The notes beneath the pieces are model-generated. The model did not search any database and was not told the DNA's origin. It saw nothing but the letters and a program-made list of their open reading frames with translations. A stretch of DNA of 64,000 bases from Entomortierella parvispora E1425 (Eukaryota > Fungi > Mortierellomycota), in NCBI GenBank assembly GCA_020891255.1, contig BQFW01000009.1, positions 124,001 through 188,000 on the forward strand. The letters are read 5' to 3'. Below are positions 50,655 to 62,371 of this stretch, piece by piece (within the stretch, counting starts at the first letter, position 1; each line of letters opens with the position of its first letter). Both the position numbers and the translations under genes were made by a program.

Positions 50655-50871
50655 GATTTTTTTCACCGGTGGTAAGATGAAGGGATAATTTAATCGTTGA
50701 CGGCATGTTGGAATAGGTGCTGAGAAGCATTCTGACGGGATGCGAGAGGGTCAGAGTAGCGCAGTTGACAACTCAGACGGGGGAAGAGGGCCGTCAAAAG
50801 TGGGCTCAGAATAAATTTTGACGTCCCGTCACAGTGATGTTTGACGGGGGGAGGTGGGAATTCGTTCACTC
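50655..50871 (-). repeat. Right terminal inverted repeat of the MULE (217 bp)
   Basis: GATTTTTTTCACCGGTG...GGGAATTCGTTCACTC, the reverse complement of 41103-41319. Confidence 0.97.
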
Positions 50872-52597
50872 TTTTTTTTTACCGGGAGTTCATCCAATGC
50901 TTCCGTGGCTGGACCCGTTACATTAAGTATGTTATGTGTTGTTCCCCTTTTTGGTTTTTCGGCTCCTTTCTAGACGATGACTTTGCTAACCACCACATTC
51001 TGTGAATAGGTCCATGTACAACATTGTCGATTTACTGGCATTCGCCTTCCCGCTTGCTGCGGCAATCAATCAGCTCCTCCTTTTGCATGGAATAACCACA
51101 CTGAACGAGACAACAATGCAGCTTAATGCAGGGCTCTTTGGCTTTTCTGTACCTTTGATATCGCTGCACTTTGTAAGTTCTGATTCGACAAGCGAGCCGA
51201 CCGCGCCAATAGAAATTGCTCTTTGGACTCTGCTCCGTTCAGGATTTCTAACGAGTTTTATTCTTTTTCGGATAGCTTTTTGAACTACGAGTCCTCGAAA
51301 CAGTCAGCCAGTTTGTTGTCATTATCACCCGGATCATCAGCCGCATCCGGGTTTTTTTCATCATGTTCTTTGCAGGGTTGATCGCCTTCACAATTGCCAT
51401 CCTTCATGTGCTTTACGCTTGCCCCAGCAAAAACAATGAGAGTTGCGGCGATCGGTCATCGGATCAGCTGCCGAATCATTTCTTTAAAGCCTTCACGGCA
51501 ACCTATTTTCTAATGGTAAGTTGTTGTCCACCCAAATTTGCATCTTTTTTTACACCCATACCTCGTCCTGTGTTTCTGACAAGACTCGATTCCTTCTTAT
51601 CTTCATATAAACAAACAAAATGATAGGGAGGCCGATACGATCCCATTACTGATGACCTTGGCTCTGACAACTGGGCTTTACAGGTGCTCATGATTGCCTA
51701 CTTTTTCTTCACCGTCATTCTCATGCTTAATGTCCTTATTGGTAGGGCATCACTGGAATTTGCCATGTTAATGGGTGTGATAGCGAACGAACTTGGGTAA
51801 CTGATTCTGAGCTCTCCTTTTTTTAATCATCCTGTACTAGCACTGCTTAACGTCGCCTACAACAGTGGTGATATGAGTTGGCGTCAGGTTTGGCTTCGCA
51901 ACAGGATGCGTGTTGTTGAAAGCGCCGAGAACATGTCGTACAATATCCCAGGTACGATCAGCATTTTGTACCAAACATGTTTTTTTTTTAAAAAAAAAAA
52001 CAAAGGCCTATTTGAGTATTAATGACAGCATCGTCGTCTTGCAATGTTATTTCTCCTTTAGGCTTTAGGGATGCTCATAACTGGTTCCCACGAGAGATAT
52101 ACTATTCTGTGACTCATGAGCAGGCCAAAGGCTACAAAGAGCGATGGGGTAAAGGAGAAGGCGCTGATGATTACGTTCTGCCGGACAAGGGAGCACACGT
52201 AGTCTTGAAATCCGGAGAGGCTAGCGTGGGACAAACCTCCAAGGACTCTCCGGTGCCTAGGCCTGCAACTCCACCCTCAGAGACAACTTCGGGACACACC
52301 GTCACTTCTTCTGAAGACAGCAAAACTGCAGGCAAGACGCCGACATCACCAGTGACCACCCCTGGCACAACAACTGACAGCACAGTCGAGGGGTTGGATG
52401 TCGCGCCAAAGGATCCGCTCCGAACTTTGGCAGTAGATCTGGAAAAGCAGATGAAACAACAGCAGGCTATGTTTGAGGGCCAGATCGAGAGGATGGAGAC
52501 CCAGATTCAACAGCTTCAGGAGTCGTCTAATGCGCAAATCCGGCAGTTGATTGAGCAACTTGTAAAACTGCACTCGGGCACAAGCACACAGCCCTAG
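50872..52597 (+). pseudogene. 3' part of the TRP-like ion-channel gene (transmembrane helices, pore, TRP-box-like segment, coiled coil; multi-exon)
   Basis: 'YREFIQCFRGWTRYIK|SMYNIVDLLAFAFPLA', 'LFELRV', 'FFAGLIAFTIAILHVL', 'GGRYDPI..LMIAYFFFTVILMLNVLI|ALLNVAY..WRQVWLRNR', and the C-terminal coiled coil 'LEKQMKQQQAMFEGQIERMETQIQQL'. Confidence 0.88.
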
Positions 52598-52957
52598 ACT
52601 ACCCCCCAACTCCACTCCACTTCATTCCATCCCACTCCACCCCCACACACAATGTCATCTTCGAGATTGTGCTTTCCTCGTAAGATAGCTACACCTTATA
52701 ATATCAACCTCGCGAGCTGCGCGCTTGGTGATGACCACCTGAAGAGATCGCACAAAAAAGGAAATCAATGTCCGTGAGTTTGGTGGCGTGTTGATGCCAG
52801 TCACAAGCATTTGCCCGCTATATTTTTGACAGAACCACCCATGGGGCCATTCTGATCAACCTCCACACACGAGAACGACGGGACTCAGGAGCCATTGCGA
52901 CAACAGCACATTAAGGACCACCGACATCGAAGCTGCCCCATCACCCCTTGCTCGGCA

Positions 52958-55900
52958 ATGTCATCAGTCTGCTTCGCATCGGTTCTTGCTTCTCCATGGA
53001 GACTGCATGCAAGCATGAGAACAGGAACCAATGTGGCCATGGTCCATCGGGTGCTTCGGCATCGCACAGGTGTCTCTCGAAGACTCTTCTCCTCCGAGCC
53101 CGAAGCTGCCTCAGTAGTACCCAGAAAGGAGCCTGGACAAGGCTATAAGGTATACAAGCCAAAGCGTTTGCCTTACCCGGTGCCCAACTTTGAGCTTTTA
53201 TACTCATAATCTGTTCCTTATTAGATGGGAACCAATTCATTAGGGATGGTTGAGCTGGAGTCCTTTGGAGTGGATCAGATCAGGAACTTCAGTATCATTG
53301 CCCATGTTGGTAAGTGCCGATATACATGGGCTGCTTCCATTAGCATGACAAAAGAGTACTGGGTCTAACAATCGCGACAACGACATATTTCCAACTCCTA
53401 GATCATGGAAAGAGTACTTTGGCAGATAGGTACGAGCAAGTCTAATATTGACATTCATAGTCATGGAATCAGCAACCATCATCCACCTTGCTTATCAGCC
53501 TGTTCGTTACTTAGATTGCTGGAGCTCGCACACACTATTACCAAGCGGAAAGACAACAAGCAGGTCTTGGACAAACTGCGAGTAGAGCGGGAGCGAGGAA
53601 TCACAGTCAAGGCACAGGTACGGAATTACTCTGAGCAGCTGCGCTGAAGGTCTCGAAGCCTTTTTCACGGAGAATCTGTTGATGGGTACTCACCTGCCTC
53701 TCTCTTTTGTTCTTGCCGATTCTTCCATGTTTCTAGAGCGCATCCATGTTTTATGACTACAAAGGGAAAAAATATCTGCTGAACCTCATCGATACGCCCG
53801 TAAGTCCGTCTTCCAGCAAGAGTGAAGATTTGAAACAGAACGACACTTTCAAAATTGCTTACCGTTCTATACCATCGACATCAGGGACACATGGATTTCA
53901 ATTTTGAGGTATCTAGATCTCTAGCGGCATGTCAAGGAACTCTGCTGCTCGTGGATGCGGCGCAGGGAATCCAGGCGCAAACTGTCGCCAACTTTTATCT
54001 CGCATTTGGGCAAGACATTACTATCCTCCCTGTTATCAACAAGGTAAGGAAGGGCCAGGCTCCAACATACCTTTTTTTTTTAACCGCACGAAAGCACTTT
54101 CTTACATGCACCATCTTGAAATCCCATAGATTGATCTCCCTTCTGCAGACCCAGAGCGTGTGGCATCACAGATCGAGGTGGCTTTTGAGCTGCCCGCCGA
54201 AGAGTGTTTGCAGATCTCAGCCAAGTCGAATCTGAACGTGGATCAGATCTTGCCCACGATTATCGATAGCGTCCCACCGTACGTTGACGTTCAGATTTGA
54301 GTTTGGTGTTTACTCAAATCATTAGTGCTGACAAATCCACCTCCTTTATTGACTTGCTAGGCCTTCTGGAGATGTCAACAAGCCATTTAAGGCCCTCCTG
54401 TTTGATTCATGGCATGACACCTATGTGGGTGTTGTTTGCTTGATGGCAGTTTTGGATGGCAAGGTCAAAAAAGGTGCGAGATACAAGGATACGGAAGCTA
54501 ATGAGAGTGGCATTTGAGGTGAGCGAGAACTAATGTCTGTTATCCCTCTGTACTCTTATAGGCGACAAAATTGTGTCTGCTCACTCGGAAAGAAGATATG
54601 AGGTTACCGAAACTGGCATCATGTATCCAGAACAAACGCCGACCAGCTCACTGTAAGTGACAATAGCAACTGACAATAGCAACTCAAGGATATAAAGGCT
54701 GGCGTAAGTAAGGTTTTTAACTCTTTTCGTTTATTTCAGTCAAGCCGGTCAAGTAGGATATTTCGTGCTTAACATGAAGACATTGAGCGAATCACATGTC
54801 GGTGATACCTTTTTCGATCACAAAAACATTGGCACCCCTTTACCAGGATTCGTCGCGGCAAAGCCTATGGTTTGGGCTGGAATCTTTCCCATTGACACTG
54901 CAGACTTTGAGAAGCTAGACCAAAGTATCGAAAAGCTCACATTGAGCGACTCGTCCGTGGCGGTCCAAAAAGAGACCAGTAACGCTCTCGGACAAGGATG
55001 GCGTTTGGGTTTCCTTGGAACATTGCATATGGATGTCTTTAGACAGCGATTGGAGCAGGTAATTTTTATGCTAAGGCCAGTTTCATCTTTGCTTTACTTT
55101 TACCTGACCCTAACGCGTCTTCTGTTGTCATATTAGGAATATGACGCCAACATTATTATCACGGCACCGACTGTGCCTTACAAGATTGAGTACAAGAACG
55201 GATCCTCAAAGCTGATCCGGAATCCCACTGAATTTCCCGACATGGACGAAATGAACGCTAAAGTACGGAGTGTACAAGAGCCAATGGTCCGATCCACTAT
55301 TATTTTCCCCAAGGAATATCTAGGAGATATTATGGTTTTGTGTGGCGTAAGTTCTTTTACTGGAAATTCACGAGAATTTTGAATATCACTCTGCAACTTG
55401 CTAACCCAGAAGATAACTTTCTAAAAACTTGGCCTTCATTTAGTCGCGACGTGGAGTGCAATTGGAACATACATACCTGGATGAGAACCGTGTGCTGCTA
55501 AAGTACCGTTTACCATTGGCGGAGGTCGTCACTGATTTCCACGATGAGCTGAAGGGTCGCTCTAGTGGATTTGCATCTTTTGATTATGAGGAGGATGGTT
55601 ATGACGATGCAGACCTGGTCAAGGTAAAAAAAAAAAAAGTCATGCCTGCCGGATATCACTCCATGTGAGGGTAAAATTTCCTCTATGAATTTTGTCCGCT
55701 AACTGCTTCCTTGCGTTTTATCAAAAAAAGATGAACATTGTTTTGAACTCCAAGCCTGTGGATGCCCTGTCGATCATTTTGCATCGATCGCAATCGGAGA
55801 TGGTTGGTCGCGACTGGGTTAAACGATTGAAGGGATTGCTCTCAAGGCAGCTGTTTGAGATTGTGATCCAGGCCTCGGTAGGAAACAAGATTATCGCTAG

Positions 55901-56189
55901 AGAAGGCATCAGCGCTATGCGAAAGAATGTTACCGCAAAGTGCTATGGTGGTGATGTCTCTAGAAAGATGAAGCTCTTGAACAAACAGGTACAGAATAAT
56001 GACTTGAACTCGAGACACGGCCTCCTTGCTGAACATTGCTCTTGAATACTAACACACTACCTTTCAACTTTTTTTGGATTGCCTTCACTTTTATAGAAAG
56101 AGGGAAAGAAACGAATGAAGGCTATCGGTGGAGTGGAAGTCAGTCAAGAGGCCTTTTACGACTTTATGACAGCCAAGAAGAAGAAGTAG
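52958..56189 (+). CDS. GUF1: Mitochondrial translation factor GUF1 (LepA/EF-4) (multi-exon)
   Basis: '[10 protein letters not shown]|DHGKSTLAD', '[11 protein letters not shown]', 'NLIDTP|GHMDF', '[21 protein letters not shown]', '[20 protein letters not shown]'. Confidence 0.96.
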
Positions 56190-56286
56190 ACAGCTATAGA
56201 ACCATTTATTGTTGTACAGTACGTTAAACCATCATAATATTAGAAGACACCCTGTGGCTACATGTACCATGCAAAAGGCGCGCAAC

Positions 56287-58077
56287 TTAATCATCGCCAT
56301 CTTGCCCCCCTTGTAAAGTCCACTTCCGGCGCCGATGTGTTGACAATGGAACTTGAATATCTGGACGTGTTGATTTGAGCCATTGTAGAGTCTCGCTTTG
56401 AGCGACATCATTGCCCATGTCATCAGCGTGAACCAAGCCCTTAATAACCTTTAGCTTTGGCCAGTGACTACAGAGATAGGCAATCTCTTCAACGCCCAGA
56501 ATCTCGTCCGTCTCCAAATACTTGGATTGCCCCTTGGAAACTTGGAATCCTTCCAGATCCAGAATTTGCAGCTCTTTCAGATCCGCCCATTTCTCCAGGG
56601 CCTTCCGCTGACAGCCAGAGTGTAGTCTGATCGGTTACGATCGGAAATAGAGCGGCTGAACGTTGACCAGGCTGAGCTCCTGTAGCCGTGTCAAGGTCCC
56701 GACTTTGGCAAAGAACCAGTCGAATCTGTCGGCCGCGGTTGCATTTGTGCATTGAAAACCACCTGCATGGGACCATGTAACGTATCCGAAAGCGTGTTCC
56801 CGGGTGATCTCTAACGCCTTATACCTTTCTTCTTCCATATCCGTCTCTTCTTGCGATAGTAGTTCCAGGACTGTCAGTGGACCAATGTCATAGTCCCACG
56901 TGGCCGATACTCCGATTCGAAGGACTCGCAAAGAACCAGCACATGCCCAGACGCCAGACAGCGGATCTGGATTCTGTGGCTGTTGTTGTAGCCGTGACCA
57001 GGGTAACTGCTCCACGTCCTCTGGGCAATACTCTTTTGGCATCAGGCCAGAATACGCTTCCAGGCATGCATATGGCACTCCAGTTTCCAGCTCACGACAT
57101 CGGACGTCAAGGAACTGGAGAGTCGGCAAGGACTCCAGAAGCATATGAATATGTTCGCTTTGGATCCCGCCACAACTTTGAATGTCGACATGTTCCAATG
57201 ATGAGTCTTTGGTCGAGAATACCTGTATGATCGCCTTGATGGTGTCGGTACTCATCCCGAGCATGCGCGACATAGATAGAAAGCGCAATCCACATCCACG
57301 TCTATTGCTGCCACTGCTGTAGGTCCTGGGCTTCTGATCAGTGCTCTTGTCGTTCTTGTCACCGTTGGTAATAGTGACATCGATAGTTGAGGTTGATGCT
57401 GGGGCTTCTGCAGGGGAAGAGGCGACTTTGGCAGCAGTTGTGATCAGGGTCGCAACGACATGATCAAGGGCCCATTGCTCCGACCGCTGAGCAGATCTCT
57501 GCATGGCAGCGAACCCACATTCTCCCAACTGAGGTCGGTCTGGGTGAAGTGTATTGAAACCTTTGATCTCGAGGGCCCGCAGATTAGTCCCCGCGTTTTC
57601 AATCAGGGCCACGAAAACCCTTCGCCGCACCTGACCCTTGAGGTTCTCGACGATATTGGGGTCTGTGTAGGGTGAGGCATAGGGTGCGTCACTTTCATCG
57701 ACATGGAATGTCATTGACTGCACGAGGTGCCTGTAACGCAAAAGCTGCTCGTAAGGGGGCGATCGGATCTTGGACAGGTAGGTCTCGGTCACCTCCGCTG
57801 CGGCCACTGCCCGTTCCCTTTTGGCCTCTTCTGTCAGGCGCCGCTCTCTCTGCGTAGAACTACTAGGCGGGGGAGGTGGGATCCCATTCTTGTGGAGATC
57901 GGGAAACAAGTCAGCAAGATAGACCTGGAAATCTGCAAATTCCACATGGCGCCAGAGGTACGGCAACCAGACACTGTGACAGGGCTTGTTGAGGCGTGCA
58001 CATTGAGCAAGGTCATGACTGGAGAGGTAGGGCGACAGAGCATGGCAAAGCTCTGGGGATTCGAGGATGGAGGACAT
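56287..58077 (-). CDS. F-box/LRR (RNI-like) protein containing one in-frame TAA at 56635-56637
   Basis: F-box-like start 'ILESPELCHALSPYLSSHDLAQCARLNKPCHSVWLPYLWRHV'. LRR-like segments continue in the same frame after the stop ('WADLKELQILDLEGF..HWPKLKVIKGL'). Confidence 0.8.
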
Positions 58078-58312
58078 AACTAGGCTTGCAAGGGGGAGGA
58101 TGAGAATGCGGAAAAATCAACGACAAGGAGGATGAAATGAAAAAACAGACAGCACTGCCACACATCAATGGGTGGGAAGCGCAGTTTATTTGATCCTTTT
58201 TCTTTCCCTTTGGACTTTGGATGTTGTTAAAAAAAAATACGTGGTCATTTTGCTATGGACAGAAATACAAGATAGTGAAGATGAACTAGATGAACTAGAT
58301 GAATTGAACTAT

Positions 58313-61300
58313 TTACAGCTGCGAGTTAGGGTCGGCGAACGTGTTGGCCGGAGCGTGCTCGCTTTCAAATCCTAAGGGTCGCTGGTGTGGATCCACATCA
58401 TGGGATACTGCTCTTCCAGACAATGGAATCTGTGAAGGCATGGGAACTGTTGCTACAGTTTCTGCAGTGACAGCCGAAGGTGCTCTAGAGAACTCAATGC
58501 CGGGAGTGTGGGCTTGAGCGTCAGACGGGAGCTGCCTCGATCCAGACTGAACCACCAAGAGACAAGAAGCGACCTCGGAGGCCAAGAACTTTTGAGCTGC
58601 GACTCCAAGGATGGTGGAAACAGTGATGAACGAATGGACCAAGTCCCGGGATGATGGCTGTGACTTTAGAGTATGGCGTTGACGGAGACCACCAGATGGT
58701 GCTGCTGTTGTCGAGGGCCCATCGCCCAATGGGTTGTCGACATGGTGTGTTGGCGTATTCGAGGCCGAAAGCTGGAACGAAAACCCTGTTGGCATCTGCT
58801 GAAGATGGAGCCCTGGTGCTTTGGGTGGATGTGCTCCAGATTGAAATCCTGTTGTCGCAGCATGGGTGGTACCTGATTGCTGCTGGCCAGGATCCAAGAT
58901 AGCGTGGTCGCGTTTGGATTTCGGGGCATGGCCTCGACCCATGACGAGAAGATCGCGTGATCCAAGGACTGCCTTTGAAAGACCGATCGCGTCCTGTAAT
59001 GTTGGCACAGTGTGCACAAAGATCCCCAGTCCTGCCTCCACTGTATTGTTGGCGCTGACCTTTTTGTGGTTGTGCCGCCTGTCGCCCGGAGGGAACGCGC
59101 GGTGAGGGAGGTATGTTTGGACCAGAACCTGGTTGTCTTCAGGCAAGGCAGGCGCATCATCATCAGAAGAGTCGATCGATTGACTGTCAATCTCCACATG
59201 CGTCGCTTCTGCATATTTCTCGTCCAATGACTCCCTGGCCAACTCGATCCGAACAATAAGAATATTGCAGAGTCGGTTGTGGCTCATGGCCGAGGCCAGT
59301 TTCAGGGCCTCCTCATCGTCCTGAGAGCCGTACAGAGGGACCATGATGTTCAAAAAGTGACCAGAGCCTCCAAATTCCCTGTCGACAAAGACGGCCGTCA
59401 CCAATCCCGTGTTGATGGTTACGTTCAAGAGTCGGCTAACCATCTGGGTGTTCGATGTCACAAGTGGTCGCGAAAGTACGGGGGGTTGGCCATCAGCAGC
59501 GTGGTTCGCGGGAGGATCGGGAAGTGTCGTCGAATTCCAAGGGACGATAATGGTACCTGCGCCTGACTCGATGGCTTCGGAGTAGATACTCTGTGCAAAA
59601 TCATCCGGGTCAGTGGAGAGGGTCATGAGCGGTCGGAGTGGAATACTGTTCAACTTGGCAAAGGCTTGGAATACGGTCATCAAGGTATCACGCCGCAAGA
59701 CCTCGGCACGCTCGGTAGCAGCGAGCAAAACCGAAGAGCTACGCTCAGTGAGGTGCAAGAGTCGGAGGGCCAAGATCTTGGGTCCAAAACGACTATCACC
59801 CGTTCCAGATCGAACCAAAGGCTCCTGCGAGCCAGGGACTGCGAGTGAAGCGTGCATTCCGCCCTGCGTGCTGGCACTGTTGAGTGGTGGACCTGCGTAA
59901 TGAAGCATCTCGAGGAATGTCATGAGTGCAGGCAGATGATGAATCTTTTCGAGGCACAGCATATACCCTTTGCCCTTGGTGCTGTCGAGATCATCGAGTG
60001 GAGCTGGCCGTTCAATATCACCATTCTTCTTTCTCTCTTTTTCCAGAGTGCGGAGAGAGACCGCGCGCTGGTAGTGAACTGGGTAAATCCAAGAGACAGC
60101 AGGGGTCGTCATGCAGGTCGTAATCAAACACATGACGACCATGATCACAAAAACTTTGTCGTTAATCACGCCAGCGTCGTATCCAATGTTGAGCACAATC
60201 AACTCAATGAGACCCTTGCAGTTCATCAAGAAGCCAATGGCAAAGGACTCTCGCCATTCCATGCCTTGGACTCGAGCTGCCACAGAGCAGCCAGCAATCT
60301 TGCCAAAGCAGGCGACGACTGTCGTGAGGATCACCAATCCCCAGATTCGGCCATTGTCGAGGAGTCCGACTTGGGTCTTGAGACCTGAGAGTGCAAAGTA
60401 GATGGGCAGGAAGATGACGGCTACAAGATCTTCGACCCTCTTGGTTACACCGTCCGCAAACCCCGTATCGTTGGGGATGATAAGACCGACCATGAATGCA
60501 CCAAAAATCTCGTGTACTCCGATGATGTCTGTGACAAATCCACTAATCATCACCACGGCCAAAGTGAAGGCCATCATGGTCTGACTGGGCTCGTCCTGCG
60601 ACTTTGTGACTCGGATCATGAACGTGAACATTGGTCGAAACACAAACACGAGCACCAGGGCCCAAGCGATAGAGAGCAGGACGACATACAGGGGCGTAAT
60701 TCTGCTAGCGCTGTTGATGATGGAAACCACAAGGGCGAGCAGGATCCAAGCGACAATGTCTCCGACTGCTCCTGCGCAGATGGTCAGAAACCCCACTTTT
60801 GTTGTCAGCAATTTCTGCTCGGCCAGGATTCGAGCCAGGACTGGGAAAGCAGTAATGGACATTGCCACTCCACAAAAAAGCAAAAATTCACCAAAGCCCA
60901 CGGTTGTGTTCGGTCCGAGCTCCTCATACAAAACATAACTCACAGCGGCTCCGACACCAAAGGGGAGGGCCATTCCAGCAAACGAGATCCCAAGAGCAAA
61001 CTTGGCCCGCTTGATGACGATTGCAGGATCGAGTTCCAAGCCGACCAGAAACAGAAAGAGGACCAGGCCGAGGTCGGACACCAAGTTCAAATAAGGCAAA
61101 CCAGCCGGATTGAAGATTGTCGTCGCAAAGCCAGGAATCCGACCCATGACAGAAGGACCAAGAATGATACCCGCGATGACCTCAGAGATGACTCGAGGCT
61201 GCTTAAGCTTCCGCAGGCCAAAATGGAGAATGTAACATAGTCCAACAATGATGACCGCCTATCCAAGAAGTCATTTTCAGTATGACTGCGGAGAGGCAAA

Positions 61301-61509
61301 CGAGGTAACCAGCGTCGTATAAACAACAAAAGGAAAGCGTACCTGAATGACAAAGAGCGGGAAAGGATCCGACGGATCGACTTCTGTCGGGTTCAACCCG
61401 GTAACAACGCTCCCTAAAGCAACGAATGAAAACCGCTGGTCAGTTATGGACCGCTTTTTTTTGGCTGCAGTCGACACGAAGGAGATTATTTGCCTGGAGC
61501 AGAACTCAT
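58313..61509 (-). CDS. Cation/H+ antiporter, CPA2 (KHA1/CHX-like) (multi-exon; first exon tentative)
   Basis: 'DPSDPFPLFVIQ', 'VISEVIAGIILGPSVMGRIPGF', 'LGLVLFLFLVGLELD', 'SITAFPVLARIL', 'LPIYFALSGLKT', 'GFLMNCKGLIELIVLNIG'. Confidence 0.93.
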
Positions 61510-62371
61510 GGACGTGGATAAAGGTGAGATGAGAGCTTTGTGCTGATCCTGGATGGTTTTTTTTCACGGTTATAAGATGCTGAATGAACAAAGGAAAGGT
61601 TCTTCAAAGAAAAACGAAAAGGTCAAGAGGCGCAAAGGGACGTGGCAGTAGGAAGAAAGAGAGAACAATGTTTGATCAGTAGCACCTTTTTAATAAAAAC
61701 TGTCGTCTGGTGGTGGTCGGGGTTGGTACTGCAAGAGGGAGCTCAGCACAGGAGGAACATCTTTTGTGTACATGTACTTGCGAGAGGGATACAATGCACA
61801 CGTGCATTTCACTTTGGAAATAGGGGGGGATGGCCAGGTTAGCTTGCCATTTTCGGTAGTACAAGGGCGGCTCCCTCCCTTTTCTTGCCATCTCTTGAAG
61901 TCCAGGGGCGAGTGTGGATGCTTGCAGGCTCGTGTGGATTGATGGACAGAGCCACTGTAGCATCCTTTCCCCCAGACGTAGTGACGTCGCTTCGTGCGCA
62001 TGTGGTCGGGATTCTGCCATCGATTGGATAGCTTGAGTGGTAGGGGTAGGGGTAGCGGTAGGGGCAGCGGTAGGGGCATCACGCACCATCGTCATTTTTG
62101 ACTAAAGGTTTTTCTTTCTCTTTCTCTCTTTATCCTGCAGAAAGAACCTTCATTGGGATTCATGCTCTGTACGGTATACAAATTGGGGTAAATAAGTGCT
62201 TTTTTTCTTCAAGAATTCTTGCTCTTACTGCCATAAACTTTGGGCCGGCAGACAGAGTATCTATTTTTCCTAAATTATAGCTTCTTAGTCCTGAAGGCCA
62301 TCATCATAGTTTCTCCGGTAAAAAAAATTTATGATATATTTACAGCAGAAATCTAGGGCCATGGCCTAGGC

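Larger units (their letters stand above)
41103..50871 (+). mobile_element. Mutator-like (MULE) DNA transposon, 9,769 bp, with 217-bp TIRs, a 9-bp TSD (T9) and cargo genes
   Basis: TIRs 41103-41319 and 50655-50871 are reverse complements with no mismatch found by eye. T9 at 41094-41102 and 50872-50880. Internal MULE transposase. The host exon frame is restored on removal. Confidence 0.96.

Noticed and set aside
41103-50871. RIP-type mutation of the transposon
   Set aside because: The TIRs are identical and the ORFs lack the excess of stop codons expected from C-to-T hypermutation.
59852-61240. Several 100-240 aa plus-strand ORFs
   Set aside because: Antisense shadows of the cation/H+ antiporter CDS.
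61676-62095. 139-aa minus-strand ORF with a PTA/PT repeat
   Set aside because: The N-terminus derives from a 12-bp tandem repeat in probable promoter/UTR sequence; no homology cue.
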